DNA of 64,000 nucleotides from Clostridium sp. CAG:217 (GTDB taxonomy: Bacteria > Bacteroidota > Bacteroidia > Bacteroidales > Bacteroidaceae), in NCBI GenBank assembly GCA_963624095.1, contig CAVFNZ010000001.1, forward strand, positions 3,841-67,840. The letters are read 5' to 3'. A program made the translations under genes and the position numbers. Each line of letters begins with the position of its first letter. Position 1 is the stretch's first letter. Shown here piece after piece: positions 1-10,404 of the stretch. The notes under the pieces were generated by a model that had not been told where the DNA came from, searched no databases, and saw nothing but the letters and a program-made list of their open reading frames with translations.

Positions 1-752
1 CCGAGGAGTTTGGCCGGGTGATGTGGCGGCCCGTAGACCGCCGCGAGAACTATGTGAAGCGTTGCGTGGGCATGCCCGGGCAGACGCTGCAGATAAAAGA
101 CCGCATCGTTTACCTGGATGGGGTGGCCAATAAGGAACCCGAGAACGTGCAGTATAGCTACATGGTGCGGACTCGCGGCCCGATTCCCGTGGAGTTGCGT
201 CGCGAGTTGGGCATCTCCAACGAGGATGCCTCTTCGCACAACCAAGAGGGGACACTCTACTCCATGGCGCTCACCAAGAAGGCGCACGATGCCCTGTTGG
301 CGCACAAAGAGTTGGTGGAGGGCATCACCCTCAACGAATCGTATGCCGAACGGCTCTATCCGGTAACCGCCTACACCGGATGGACCGTGGACAACTACGG
401 CCCCATATGGATTCCGAAGAAAGGTGAGACCATCGAGCTGACCGAAGAGAATCTGCCTGTGTACGAACGTCCAATCGCTGTGTACGAGGACAATAAGCTG
501 GAGGTGAAGGAGGGGAAAATCTTCATCAACGGTGAGGAGACCAACCGCTATACATTCCGCATGGACTACTACTGGATGATGGGTGACAACCGTCACAACT
601 CCGCGGACTCCCGCTTTTGGGGCTTCGTGCCCGAGGACCATATCGTGGGTAAACCCATTGTCGTATGGCTCTCACTCGACCAAGACCGCGGGTGGTTCGA
701 CGGAAAGATTCGCTGGAACCGCTTCTTCAAGTGGGTAGACAACATCAAATGA
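1..752 (+). CDS. lepB: Signal peptidase I (S26), 5' end outside the window
   Basis: NYVKRCVGMPG (catalytic Lys box) and YYWMMGDNRHNSADSRFWGFVP (box E). The frame is open from the window start. Confidence 0.93.
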   Translation, partial: EEFGRVMWRPVDRRENYVKRCVGMPGQTLQIKDRIVYLDGVANKEPENVQYSYMVRTRGPIPVELRRELGISNEDASSHNQEGTLYSMALTKKAHDALLAHKELVEGITLNESYAERLYPVTAYTGWTVDNYGPIWIPKKGETIELTEENLPVYERPIAVYEDNKLEVKEGKIFINGEETNRYTFRMDYYWMMGDNRHNSADSRFWGFVPEDHIVGKPIVVWLSLDQDRGWFDGKIRWNRFFKWVDNIK

Positions 753-756
753 TGTT

Positions 757-1677
757 ATGCGTTCGCTATTGAAGACATTGCTCGTTGCCGTGGTGGCCGT
801 TCTGCTGGTTAGGCTGGTGGTCTTCACTTCGTGTACCATCCCTTCCGAGGGGATGGAGAATGCGCTCTGTCGGGGCGACCGGGTGATAGTGAACCGTTGG
901 AGTTATGGGTATCGCACGCCTTTGGTCTCGCTTTGTGGCTATCACCGTCTGTTTGACTCGCCCGTACGCAGGAACGACATCGTCCTTTTTAACCGCCCCT
1001 CTGCCGGACAAACGCCGCAGGATGGCGGTGAACTCTTCATCAACCGCTGCGTGGGATTGCCCGGTGATACGCTAAGACTCAACGAGGAGCTGCTGTTGAC
1101 CGATGCGGACGCGCTTACTCCCGAAAGCAAGTTCCTCTATGCTTACCCCGGAGAACAAGAGGCGTTGGTGACAGAGGCAATCCGTCAGACAGGTCTTGCC
1201 GACAATGTGTTGGTGGGGTATGACGGAGGCGATTACTTGCGCAGTTTCAGCTTGCATGAAATCAATGCCGTGAAGCGGCTGCTCGGCGCTCAGGTGACAT
1301 TCCGGCGAATGCGGACGGCTGCCTCTGACAAGGTACACGCGTTCGTGGTGCCCGGCAAAGGACTCTCCGTTAGGGTACATCCGTGGAACGTGATGTTGCT
1401 GCGCAACACCATTGTGATGCACGAGGGAAAGGTCGCCGAGGTAAAAGGGGATACGCTGTTGGTCAACGGACATCCCATCGCCAGTTACCGCTTCACCAAG
1501 GACTACTACTGGATGGCATCTGACAATCCCATGAGTCTCCGCGATTCGCGCCTGTTCGGTTTTGTGCCCAAGGAATGCATCATCGGCAAGGCTGCCTGGG
1601 TATGGTTCTCCAAAGACCCTGCCCAAAACCTTTTCTCGGGTTATCGCCTCGACCGGTTCTTCCATAAAATCAATTAA
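757..1677 (+). CDS. Signal peptidase I paralogue, probably catalytically inactive
   Basis: N-terminal TM helix. Box B reads TIPSEGM (Gly at the nucleophile Ser position) and box D reads FINRCVG (Asn for Lys). Box E is degenerate: MASDNPMSLRDSRLFGFVP. Confidence 0.85.
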   Translation: MRSLLKTLLVAVVAVLLVRLVVFTSCTIPSEGMENALCRGDRVIVNRWSYGYRTPLVSLCGYHRLFDSPVRRNDIVLFNRPSAGQTPQDGGELFINRCVGLPGDTLRLNEELLLTDADALTPESKFLYAYPGEQEALVTEAIRQTGLADNVLVGYDGGDYLRSFSLHEINAVKRLLGAQVTFRRMRTAASDKVHAFVVPGKGLSVRVHPWNVMLLRNTIVMHEGKVAEVKGDTLLVNGHPIASYRFTKDYYWMASDNPMSLRDSRLFGFVPKECIIGKAAWVWFSKDPAQNLFSGYRLDRFFHKIN

Positions 1678-1682
1678 CTTTG
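1675..1682 (+). promoter_or_regulatory. Bacteroidetes sigma-A -7 element (TAACTTTG) for thioesterase-dprA
   Basis: Matches TAnnTTTG, overlaps the upstream stop codon and ends 8 nt before ATG 1691. Confidence 0.5.
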
Positions 1683-1690
1683 CAACAATT

Positions 1691-2098
1691 ATGGACAAAT
1701 ATATCTATGAACTGAAACTGAAAGTCCGCGACTATGAGTGCGACTTGCAGGGCATTGTCAACAATGCCAACTATCAACACTATTTGGAGCACACCCGTCA
1801 TGAGTTTCTTCTCTCCACCGGCATCGGCTTCGCCAAGCTCCACGCGGAGGGGATAGACCCCGTAGTGGCTCGCATCAACATCGCCTTCAAGACACCCTTG
1901 CGGAGCGGTGATGAGTTCCTGTCCAAGCTCTACCTGAAGAAAGAGGGCATCAAGTATGTGTTCTACCAGGACATCTTCCGCCTGCCGGATATGAAAGTGT
2001 CCATCAAGTCGACCGTTGAAGTGGTTTCTTTGGTAAACGGCCGCTTGAGCGATTGTGCTTTGTTCGGTCAAATCTTTGCTCCCTATCTGCATGACTGA
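1691..2098 (+). CDS. Acyl-CoA thioesterase, YbgC/4HBT family
   Basis: VRDYECDLQGIVNNANYQHYLEHTR hot-dog-fold motif. Start reassigned to ATG 1691 (MDKYIYEL). Confidence 0.88.
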   Translation: MDKYIYELKLKVRDYECDLQGIVNNANYQHYLEHTRHEFLLSTGIGFAKLHAEGIDPVVARINIAFKTPLRSGDEFLSKLYLKKEGIKYVFYQDIFRLPDMKVSIKSTVEVVSLVNGRLSDCALFGQIFAPYLHD

Positions 2099-3206
2099 CC
2101 AGGAACTGCTACATACCATCGCCCTGACGCGCATACCCGGTCTCGGACTGGCGGGGATGCACAAGCTGATGAGAGCCTGTGGGAGTGCCGTCGCCATCTT
2201 TGAGCGGCGCAAGGAGCTGCCCGATTTGATGCAAGGGTCGGACAAGCTGGTCGACGCGCTCGACTGTCCGCAAGCCTTCGAGCGTGCCGAGAAGGAGGTG
2301 GAATTCGTGCGGAAGAACGCCATCCTTGCCCTGGGCTACAACGATGCGGACTATCCGTCACGTCTCCGCGAATGCAATGATGCGCCTGTCGTATTGTTCT
2401 ATAAGGGAAACGTACCCCTCAACCAGCTGAAGGTTATCAACATGGTGGGTACTCGTCACAGTACCGACTACGGACAGCGGATTTGCAACGCTTTCCTGCG
2501 CGATTTGAAACAACTCTGCCCCGATGTGTTGGTGGTTAGCGGATTGGCCTACGGCATCGACATCGCGGCCCACCGTGCGGCTTTGGGCAATGGACTCCAT
2601 ACGGTGGGGGTGTTGGCGCACGGACTCGACCGCATCTATCCGTCCGTACACCGTCAGACGGCCGTGCAGATGGTGCAACAGGGAGGATTGTTGACGGAGT
2701 TCATGAGCGGCACTACTCCCGACAGGCAGAACTTCGTGATGCGCAACCGCATTGTGGCAGGCATGTGTGACGCTACCATCGTGGTGGAAAGTGCGGCTAA
2801 GGGCGGTGCGCTGATTACGGCGGACCTTGCCGAGGGCTACAACCGCGACTGTTTCGCTTTTCCCGGAAGGTGCGACGACCCTTTCTCCATGGGCTGCAAC
2901 GCCTTGATACGTGACAACAAAGCCGCCCTCATCCAGTCCGCCGAGGAGTTTGTGAAGGCGATGCAGTGGGATGTGCAGACCCAGGTGAAACAACCCGTGC
3001 AGCGACAACTCTTTCCAGACCTGAACGATGAGGAACAGGCCGTCGCTACCCTGTTGCAGACGCTGCCCGACGGATATTCGCTCAACGACCTCAGCGTGAC
3101 GGCACAAATGGCGGTCAACAAGCTGAGCGCGTTGCTCTTCGAAATGGAACTCAAAGGGGTGGTGCAGGCACTCCCCGGCAACAAATACCGGCTCATCACC
3201 ATCTAA
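2091..3206 (+). CDS. dprA: DNA-processing protein DprA
   Basis: VGTR, VVSGLAYGIDIAAH, FVMRNRIVAG, VVESAAKGGALITA and a C-terminal winged helix (LFEMELKGVV). Start set at ATG 2091, overlapping the upstream gene. Confidence 0.95.
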   Translation: MTDQELLHTIALTRIPGLGLAGMHKLMRACGSAVAIFERRKELPDLMQGSDKLVDALDCPQAFERAEKEVEFVRKNAILALGYNDADYPSRLRECNDAPVVLFYKGNVPLNQLKVINMVGTRHSTDYGQRICNAFLRDLKQLCPDVLVVSGLAYGIDIAAHRAALGNGLHTVGVLAHGLDRIYPSVHRQTAVQMVQQGGLLTEFMSGTTPDRQNFVMRNRIVAGMCDATIVVESAAKGGALITADLAEGYNRDCFAFPGRCDDPFSMGCNALIRDNKAALIQSAEEFVKAMQWDVQTQVKQPVQRQLFPDLNDEEQAVATLLQTLPDGYSLNDLSVTAQMAVNKLSALLFEMELKGVVQALPGNKYRLITI

Positions 3207-3234
3207 ATCTATTCATACCTAACGCAAACGGACA

Positions 3235-4440
3235 ATGAAGAACTCACTCTTACAGGACATAGGAACCCTGCTTTCGGAATACGGAATGAACCAGGAATCC
3301 ATCAGTCTCACGCAACGGCTGCTGGTAATCGCGCTCATCCTTTTGGTGGCCTATCTGACGGATGTCATCTGCCGCAAACTGATTGTTCCCGTCGTGAAGC
3401 GTGTCGTGGCTTCCACCAAGGTGACGTGGGACGACTACCTCTTCTCTGACAAGGTGCTCAACAACCTGTGCCACATCGTGCCTTCGCTGGTCATCTATAT
3501 CCTGTTGCCGTTCGCCTTTTCCGATGTCCCTTCGTGGCTTCATTTCCTGCTGAAGATAAGTCTGGTCTACATCATCGCGGCCACGCTGAGGCTGATTTGT
3601 ACGTTCCTGTCGGCTCTCTACGACCTCTCCACGCAACACAAGGAGCTGAAGGACCGTCCCCTCAAGGGGGTTTACCAGATGCTGAAGATTATCACGCTGT
3701 TTGTGGGGACTATCGGCATCGTGAGTGTGCTTATCGACAAGAATCCCGTGGCACTCTTCACCGGTTTGGGTGCCGCCGCCACGGTGCTCATGCTTATCTT
3801 CAAGGATACTATCGTGGGATTGGTAGCCGGCGTGCAGCTTTCCGCCAACGACATGCTCCGCCCGGGTGATTGGATAACGATGGACAAATCCGGGGCCAAC
3901 GGTATCGTCACGGAGGTGACGCTCACCACCGTGAAGGTGCGCAACTGGGACAATACCATCACTACGATTCCGCCCTATACGCTCGTAAGCGATTCCTTCC
4001 AGAACTGGCGCAACATGCAACAGGGAGGTGGGCGACGCGTGAAGCGGTCCATTTACATCGACGTGCGTAGCATTCGCTTCTGCTCCCCCGAGGAGAAGGC
4101 GCGTTTCATGGAGAAAGGCTGGCTGTCCGCCGATGAGGCCGCCGTTGATACGGTCAACCTGGGCGTGTTCCGTCGTTTCCTGGAGCGTTATCTGAGCGAG
4201 TCGTCCAAGGTGAACAGTGATATGATGCTCATGGTTCGTCAACTGCAACCCACGCCTCAGGGGCTTCCGCTCGAACTCTACTTCTTTGCCGCTACCACCA
4301 GTTGGGTTCCCTATGAACACATCCAGTCGGATATCGTCGACTATGTGTTGGCCATCCTCCCCCAATTTGGACTGCGTCTGTTCCAAAGCCCCTCCGGTGA
4401 GGATCTGCAGCGGTTGCTCTCTTCTGACGCAAAGGCTTGA
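3235..4440 (+). CDS. Small-conductance mechanosensitive channel, YbdG/MscS family
   Basis: Several TM helices; GVQLSANDMLRPGDWI, TTVKVRNWDNTITTIP, GGGRRVKRSI, MVRQLQPTPQGLPLELY. Confidence 0.92.
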   Translation: MKNSLLQDIGTLLSEYGMNQESISLTQRLLVIALILLVAYLTDVICRKLIVPVVKRVVASTKVTWDDYLFSDKVLNNLCHIVPSLVIYILLPFAFSDVPSWLHFLLKISLVYIIAATLRLICTFLSALYDLSTQHKELKDRPLKGVYQMLKIITLFVGTIGIVSVLIDKNPVALFTGLGAAATVLMLIFKDTIVGLVAGVQLSANDMLRPGDWITMDKSGANGIVTEVTLTTVKVRNWDNTITTIPPYTLVSDSFQNWRNMQQGGGRRVKRSIYIDVRSIRFCSPEEKARFMEKGWLSADEAAVDTVNLGVFRRFLERYLSESSKVNSDMMLMVRQLQPTPQGLPLELYFFAATTSWVPYEHIQSDIVDYVLAILPQFGLRLFQSPSGEDLQRLLSSDAKA

Positions 4441-4775
4441 CATTCTGTTTCCCTTTGAAGGAATTCCGTTGCTCTATTATGGTGATAGGGGAAGTAATTC
4501 TATGCCTATGTGTGAGAATGCACATTAAACCTTGATATATGTTGTCATAAAGACAGCAAATGATATAGAAATGGAATAAAACAAACGTGCAATCCTCGTA
4601 AATCATATAATTGTGAAAGCTTAACATCCCGTGTCGGCTTACAACTGTTATCATATCTGACCTATATGGACACATATTAATGTTAATCGACAGGTGTATG
4701 CTTATAAAAAGAAAGTTGATAAAGATTAATGCAAACAAAATAACGTTATTTCTTGTTGCATGCTGTCCTTTCGCA

Positions 4776-4783
4776 TACCTTTG
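4776..4783 (+). promoter_or_regulatory. -7 promoter element (TACCTTTG) upstream of asnB
   Basis: Matches TAnnTTTG followed by CA, with TTG about 20 nt upstream. It implies a leader of roughly 270 nt. Confidence 0.55.
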
Positions 4784-5062
4784 CATCGAAAACAAGGTAC
4801 AAATACAACTAAACAGTAAGTACTTTGGGGATAGGTATTAGTTATTTATTAGAGGGAGAATAGAGCGGACGCTGAGCCGATAGGCGTCGCGAAGTTTGGA
4901 TGGTCTAGTACCAACGTTTTTGAGATTAACGAAGAGAGAGAATGTAAGGAACTTGTAACGGCATCAACGGGAGCATCGGCCTTGTCCCGGCCGTTTCAAT
5001 TCCACGATACAGTTTGTGACGAGATTTAACGACGATATCAATCAACAAAAACATATTAGCCT

Positions 5063-6727
5063 ATGTGTGGAATTGTAGGAATATTCAATATCGACAGGCA
5101 GACTGCCGCCTTGCGCACCAAAGCGTTGAAAATGTCCCAGAAAATCCGCCACCGCGGACCGGACTGGAGTGGCGTCTATTGTGGCGACCATGCCATTCTG
5201 GCGCATGAGCGCCTTTCCATTGTCGATCCCGAGTCGGGCGGTCAGCCCCTCTTTAGTACAGACCGTAAGCAGATATTGGCAGTGAACGGTGAAATCTATA
5301 ATCATCGTGACATCCGCGGTCGCTATGCCGGTAAGTATGAGTTTCAGACCGGGTCGGACTGCGAGGTAATCCTTGCTCTCTATCGTGACAAAGGCATTGA
5401 TTTCCTGGAGGAGCTGAACGGCATCTTCGCCTTTGCGCTCTACGATGAGGAGAAGGATGAGTACCTCATTGCCCGTGACCCTATAGGAGTCATTCCCCTT
5501 TATATCGGTAGGGATGCCGACGGTAAAGTCTATGTGGCCAGCGAACTGAAAGCCTTGGAAGGCTTCTGTGACGAGTATGAGCCGTTTCTGCCCGGTCACT
5601 ACTATTGGAGCCGAGAAGGCAAGATGACGCGTTGGTACACCCGGGACTGGTTTCAGTACGATGCCGTCAAGGACAATCCCGCCTCTGAACAGGCGGTGCA
5701 CGATGCCCTCGAAGCGGCAGTGAAACGTCAGTTGATGAGCGATGTGCCTTATGGCGTGTTGCTTTCCGGTGGACTGGACAGTTCCGTCATCTCGGCTATC
5801 GCCAAGAAGTACGCTGCCAAACGAGTGGAGAACGATCAGCAGACGGAGGCTTGGTGGCCTCAGTTGCACTCTTTCGCCATCGGTCTCAAGGGAGCTCCCG
5901 ACCTGGCCAAGGCGCGTGAGGTAGCGGAGTTCATCGGTACGGTTCACCACGAAATCAATTACACTATTCAAGAAGGATTGGATGCCATCCGTGACGTAAT
6001 CTATTTCATCGAGACGTACGATGTCACCACGGTGCGTGCCTCCACGCCGATGTACCTCTTGGCGCGTGTCATCAAGAGCATGGGCATCAAGATGGTGTTG
6101 AGCGGCGAGGGTGCCGATGAGGTGTTTGGCGGTTATCTCTATTTCCATAAAGCCCCCGATGCCAAGGCCTTCCATGAGGAGACGGTGCGCAAGTTGAGCA
6201 AACTCTATATGTATGATTGTCTGCGTGCCAACAAATCGCTTTCCGCTTGGGGTGTGGAGGGTCGTGTGCCTTTCCTCGACAAGGAGTTCCTGGATGTGGC
6301 CATGCGTCTGAATCCGAAAGCCAAGATGTGTCCTGGCAAGGAGATAGAGAAACGCATCGTGCGCGCCGCCTTTGCCGATATGCTCCCCGAGAGCGTGGCG
6401 TGGCGACAGAAGGAGCAGTTTAGCGACGGTGTCGGCTACAGCTGGATAGATACCCTGAAAGCGGTCACTGCCGCCGCTGTGAGCGACGAGGAGATGGCGC
6501 ACGCCGCTGAGCGTTTCCCCATCAACCCGCCGATGAACAAGGAGGAGTATTACTATCGTACCATCTTTGAGGAGCATTTCCCGAGTGCCTCCGCCGCCAA
6601 GAGTGTCCCCAGTGTGCCGAGCGTGGCTTGTTCTTCCGCTGAGGCTCTTGCATGGGATGCCGCCTTCCAAAACCAGAATGACCCCAGTGGCCGTGCTGTC
6701 AAAGGCGTGCATGAACAGGCGTATTAA
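5063..6727 (+). CDS. asnB: Asparagine synthase B (glutamine-hydrolysing)
   Basis: MCGI Ntn-glutaminase N-terminus, RHRGPDWSG, NGEIYNH, LLSGGLDSS, SGEGADE, WRQKEQFSDGVG. Confidence 0.97.
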   Translation: MCGIVGIFNIDRQTAALRTKALKMSQKIRHRGPDWSGVYCGDHAILAHERLSIVDPESGGQPLFSTDRKQILAVNGEIYNHRDIRGRYAGKYEFQTGSDCEVILALYRDKGIDFLEELNGIFAFALYDEEKDEYLIARDPIGVIPLYIGRDADGKVYVASELKALEGFCDEYEPFLPGHYYWSREGKMTRWYTRDWFQYDAVKDNPASEQAVHDALEAAVKRQLMSDVPYGVLLSGGLDSSVISAIAKKYAAKRVENDQQTEAWWPQLHSFAIGLKGAPDLAKAREVAEFIGTVHHEINYTIQEGLDAIRDVIYFIETYDVTTVRASTPMYLLARVIKSMGIKMVLSGEGADEVFGGYLYFHKAPDAKAFHEETVRKLSKLYMYDCLRANKSLSAWGVEGRVPFLDKEFLDVAMRLNPKAKMCPGKEIEKRIVRAAFADMLPESVAWRQKEQFSDGVGYSWIDTLKAVTAAAVSDEEMAHAAERFPINPPMNKEEYYYRTIFEEHFPSASAAKSVPSVPSVACSSAEALAWDAAFQNQNDPSGRAVKGVHEQAY

Positions 6728-6743
6728 AGGATTACAGCATATG

Positions 6744-6777
6744 GAAAAGGGGTGAGCCTTGCGGCCCACCCCTTTTC
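6744..6777. terminator. Bidirectional intrinsic terminator between asnB and sdhB
   Basis: GAAAAGGGGTG...CACCCCTTTTC inverted repeat with A/T tails between convergent genes. Confidence 0.85.
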
Positions 6778-6799
6778 TATATTCGTTTGAATGAATTTA

Positions 6800-7555
6800 T
6801 CAGTCTTTCAGTTTGGCTTTGATAAACTCGCGGTTCAAACGGGCGATATTGCTAATCGATACACATTTAGGGCACTCTGCCTCGCAGGCGCGGGTGTTGG
6901 TGCAGTTACCGAAGCCAAGCTCGTCCATCTTGCTCAACATCGCTTTGGCACGACGTGCGGCTTCCACCTTTCCTTGGGGGAGCAGAGCCAGCTGGCTAAC
7001 CTTGGCCGATACGAACAGCATGGCCGATCCGTTCTTGCAGGCCGCTACGCATGCGCCGCAACCGATGCAGGTCGCCGAGTCCATGGCCTCGTCCGCAGCC
7101 GCCTTCGGGATGAGGATGTTGTTGGCGTCCTCCGCCGAACCGGTGCGTACGCTGACATAACCTCCGGCCTGCATAATCTTGTCGTAAGCCGAGCGGTCTA
7201 CCATCAGGTCCTTGATGACCGGGAATCCAGCCGAACGCCAAGGTTCTACGGTGATGGTGTCGCCATCGTTGAAACGGCGCATGTAGAGCTGACAGGTAGT
7301 AGCACCCGTTGCAGGTCCGTGCGGGTGACCGTTCACGTAGAGTGAGCACATTCCGCAAATGCCCTCACGACAATCGTGGTCAAACACAACAGGCTCTTTG
7401 CGCTCGCTGACGAGCTGTTCGTTGAGGATATCCAACATCTCCAGGAATGAAGTGTCGCCGGGGATATCTTTCATCTGGTATGTTTCAAAATGGCCTTTCT
7501 CCTTCGGTCCATTCTGACGCCAAATCTTCAGTGTGAAACTTATATTTTTCTCCAT
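6800..7555 (-). CDS. sdhB: Succinate dehydrogenase/fumarate reductase Fe-S subunit
   Basis: [22 protein letters not shown] and [12 protein letters not shown] cluster motifs. Confidence 0.95.
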   Translation of the reverse strand: MEKNISFTLKIWRQNGPKEKGHFETYQMKDIPGDTSFLEMLDILNEQLVSERKEPVVFDHDCREGICGMCSLYVNGHPHGPATGATTCQLYMRRFNDGDTITVEPWRSAGFPVIKDLMVDRSAYDKIMQAGGYVSVRTGSAEDANNILIPKAAADEAMDSATCIGCGACVAACKNGSAMLFVSAKVSQLALLPQGKVEAARRAKAMLSKMDELGFGNCTNTRACEAECPKCVSISNIARLNREFIKAKLKD

Positions 7556-7589
7556 TGTTCCTTGAATCTTTAATTGTTTAACTTACCCA

Positions 7590-9569
7590 TTAGCTCTTAT
7601 AGTTACGGGTCTGTACTTTGATAGCCTCGTATTGAAGCGGCTCTTTGATGAGCTCGGGAGCTTTCTCGTCGCTTCCCTGATACTCCCAGCAACCTACGTA
7701 GAAGTAGTTCTCGTCGTCGCGTTTTGCTTCACCCTCTTCCGTTTGGTACTCTTCGCGGAAGTGGCCACCGCAGCTCTCGTTACGGCTCAACGCGTCGTAA
7801 GCGATCAACTCGCCCATCGTGATGAAGTCTTCCAAGCGGATTGCTTTGTCGAGCTCTGTGTTCATGCCGTCCTTGCTACCGGGGATAAACAGATTCTTGT
7901 TGAACTCCTCGCGGATTTTCTTTATCTCTTCCAGACCTTTCTTCAGACCTTCCGCGGTACGTCCCATGCCGACATATTCCCACATGATGTGACCCAGTTT
8001 CTTGTGGATGGAGTCAACGGACTCATTACCCTGGATGCTCATCAGGCGGTCAATCTTGTCGTTCACGGCCTTCTCCGCCTCTGCGAACTCGGGCAGGTCG
8101 GTAGAGAAGCGGGGAACGGTAATCTGGTCTGACAGGTAGTTCTGGATGGTGTAAGGCAATACGAAGTAGCCGTCCGCCAAGCCTTGCATCAGGGCGGAAG
8201 CTCCGAGTCGGTTGGCACCGTGGTCGGAGAAGTTGCACTCGCCGATGGCGAACAGGCCCTTGATGGCGGTCTGCAGTTCGTAGTCAACCCAGATGCCGCC
8301 CATTGTATAGTGGATAGCCGGATAAATCATCATCGGGTTGTAGTATTTCTCTCCGTTAATCTCTTTGGCCAACTCGCCCGGGTTGACATCGGTAATCTCC
8401 TCGTACATGTCGAAGAGGTTGCCGTAACGCTGGCGAACCACGTCGAGACCGAGGCGGTTGATGGCCTCACTGAAGTCGAGGAACACGGCCAATCCGGTGG
8501 CGTTCACGCCGTAGCCTTTGTCGCAGCGCTCCTTGGCGGCACGCGAAGCCACGTCACGCGGAACGAGGTTGCCGAATGCCGGGTATCTGCGCTCCAAGTA
8601 GTAGTCGCGGTCCTCTTCGGGGATGTCGCTACCCTTGAGCGTTCCTTCCTGCAACTTCTTGGCGTCTTCCAACTTCTTCGGCACCCAGATGCGTCCGTCG
8701 TTACGCAACGACTCCGACATCAGGGTCAGCTTAGACTGTTTGTCGCCGTGAACGGGGATGCAGGTCGGGTGAATCTGTACGTATGAGGGGTTAGCGAAGT
8801 AAGCGCCTTTGCGGTAGCACTGCATCGCTGCGGAACAGTTGCAGGCCATGGCGTTGGTCGAGAGGAAATAGGTGTTTCCGTAACCACCGGTAGCGATGAC
8901 CACCGCATGTGCGGCGAAACGCTCCAGCTTGCCTGTTACCAAGTTCTTGGCGATGATGCCGCGTGCACGTCCGTCGATGATGACCAACTCTTCCATCTCG
9001 TAGCGGGTGTAGAGCTTCACGGTGCCTGCGTTTACCTGACGGCTCAGCGCGGAGTAAGCACCCAACAACAGCTGCTGTCCGGTCTGTCCTTTGGCGTAGA
9101 ACGTACGGCTCACCTGTGCGCCACCGAACGAGCGGTTGGCCAGTGTGCCGCCATATTCACGGGCAAAGGGGACACCCTGTGCCACACATTGGTCGATGAT
9201 GTCGTTTGATACCTCCGCCAGACGGTATACGTTGGCTTCGCGGGCGCGGTAGTCACCGCCCTTTACGGTATCGTAGAACAGGCGGTAAACGGAGTCGCCG
9301 TCGTTCTGATAGTTCTTTGCCGCATTGATACCTCCCTGTGCGGCGATAGAGTGCGCACGGCGCGGAGAGTCCTGAATGCAGAAGTTTAACACCCTGAAAC
9401 CCATCTCGCCCAGTGAGGCTGCGGCGGAAGCGCCTGCCAAGCCTGTACCGACAACGATGATGTCGAGACGACGCTTGTTCGCGGGGTTCACCAGCTTTTG
9501 GTGAGCTTTATAATTGGTCCATTTCTCAGCCACGGGGCCTTCAGGAATTTTTGAATCTATGGTAGCCAT
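7590..9569 (-). CDS. sdhA: Succinate dehydrogenase/fumarate reductase flavoprotein subunit
   Basis: [22 protein letters not shown] (FAD-His), [25 protein letters not shown]. Confidence 0.96.
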   Translation of the reverse strand: MATIDSKIPEGPVAEKWTNYKAHQKLVNPANKRRLDIIVVGTGLAGASAAASLGEMGFRVLNFCIQDSPRRAHSIAAQGGINAAKNYQNDGDSVYRLFYDTVKGGDYRAREANVYRLAEVSNDIIDQCVAQGVPFAREYGGTLANRSFGGAQVSRTFYAKGQTGQQLLLGAYSALSRQVNAGTVKLYTRYEMEELVIIDGRARGIIAKNLVTGKLERFAAHAVVIATGGYGNTYFLSTNAMACNCSAAMQCYRKGAYFANPSYVQIHPTCIPVHGDKQSKLTLMSESLRNDGRIWVPKKLEDAKKLQEGTLKGSDIPEEDRDYYLERRYPAFGNLVPRDVASRAAKERCDKGYGVNATGLAVFLDFSEAINRLGLDVVRQRYGNLFDMYEEITDVNPGELAKEINGEKYYNPMMIYPAIHYTMGGIWVDYELQTAIKGLFAIGECNFSDHGANRLGASALMQGLADGYFVLPYTIQNYLSDQITVPRFSTDLPEFAEAEKAVNDKIDRLMSIQGNESVDSIHKKLGHIMWEYVGMGRTAEGLKKGLEEIKKIREEFNKNLFIPGSKDGMNTELDKAIRLEDFITMGELIAYDALSRNESCGGHFREEYQTEEGEAKRDDENYFYVGCWEYQGSDEKAPELIKEPLQYEAIKVQTRNYKS

Positions 9570-9603
9570 AATATTTACAGTTTAATGTTTACTTGTTAAT
9601 AAA

Positions 9604-10299
9604 TCAAGCGGCACAGCATGCACCGCAGCAGAGGGACTTCACGTAGAAGAGGATTGCCACAACGGCGAAACCTATGAACAAGAGAGTTGCCCATACGTTA
9701 CCGATGATGCGCCAACGCTCAAACCAGATTTTGTTGTTCCAGCCGAAAGTCTGCATGGCACTCCAGAATCCATGAGTAAGGTGGAGCCACAGGGCCGCGA
9801 ACCATATCAGGTAGAGCACTACGAACACGGGGCATGAAAAAGTCTTGACGATGTATCCATAGCCGTCGGTAGCCTCCAGACCGCCCAAGGTCGGGTTGCC
9901 AATCAGTTCGGCGAACATCATGTTGTACCAGAAGTCTTTCAGGTGAAGGAGCAAACCGAGGATGACGATGATGCCCAGTACCAGCATGTTCTGCGATGCC
10001 CATTCCACTTGCTTCGGCTTGGCCTGCACGGCATAGTGTTCCGAGCCGCGCGCCTTCCGGTTCAGCATGGTCAACCAGAAAGCGTAGATGATGTGAATGA
10101 CCATCAGCGCCGCCAAGGCCACCGTCGCTACCAACGCGTACCAATTGGCTCCAAGAAACTCACAAATCATATTGTAACCTTCCGCTGAAATCAGTGCGAC
10201 AAGGTTCATCGACATGTGAAATGTAAGAAACAGGATTAGGGCGACACCGGTAACGCTCATCACCACCTTCCTTCCAATAGATGAATTACTTAACCACAT
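9604..10299 (-). CDS. sdhC: Succinate dehydrogenase/fumarate reductase cytochrome b subunit
   Basis: SSIGRKVVMSVTG, His-bearing TM helices, HLTHGFWSAMQTFG. Start reassigned to ATG 10299 (MWLSNSS). Confidence 0.92.
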   Translation of the reverse strand: MWLSNSSIGRKVVMSVTGVALILFLTFHMSMNLVALISAEGYNMICEFLGANWYALVATVALAALMVIHIIYAFWLTMLNRKARGSEHYAVQAKPKQVEWASQNMLVLGIIVILGLLLHLKDFWYNMMFAELIGNPTLGGLEATDGYGYIVKTFSCPVFVVLYLIWFAALWLHLTHGFWSAMQTFGWNNKIWFERWRIIGNVWATLLFIGFAVVAILFYVKSLCCGACCAA

Positions 10300-10396
10300 A
10301 AAAGAAAAATTAGTTTTATTATTAATTGAATTGATTATCTCATGCCTCCACGCCCGACAAATCGGGCGTGCCGATAGCCGTCTCACGGAACAGCCG

Positions 10397-10404
10397 CAAA
10401 ATTA
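10397..10404 (-). promoter_or_regulatory. -7 element (TAATTTTG) for sdhCAB, with TTTG -33 near 10425-10428
   Basis: Consensus Bacteroidetes promoter with about 20 nt spacing. Confidence 0.55.

Noticed and set aside
4292..4795. 167-aa minus-strand ORF in the AT-rich region before asnB
   Set aside because: It overlaps the MscS gene and the asnB promoter, has atypical composition and shows no domain signature.
4790..5062. Leader-peptide attenuator for asnB
   Set aside because: The only upstream ATGs open 1-2 codon ORFs (ATG GTC TAG; ATG TAA), with no Asn/Gln/Asp run.
5042..6769. 575-aa antisense ORF spanning asnB
   Set aside because: It is a codon-register shadow of a GC3-biased gene with no recognisable motifs. 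The same applies to the long antisense ORFs over the MscS, SpmAB-like, S41 and susC genes.
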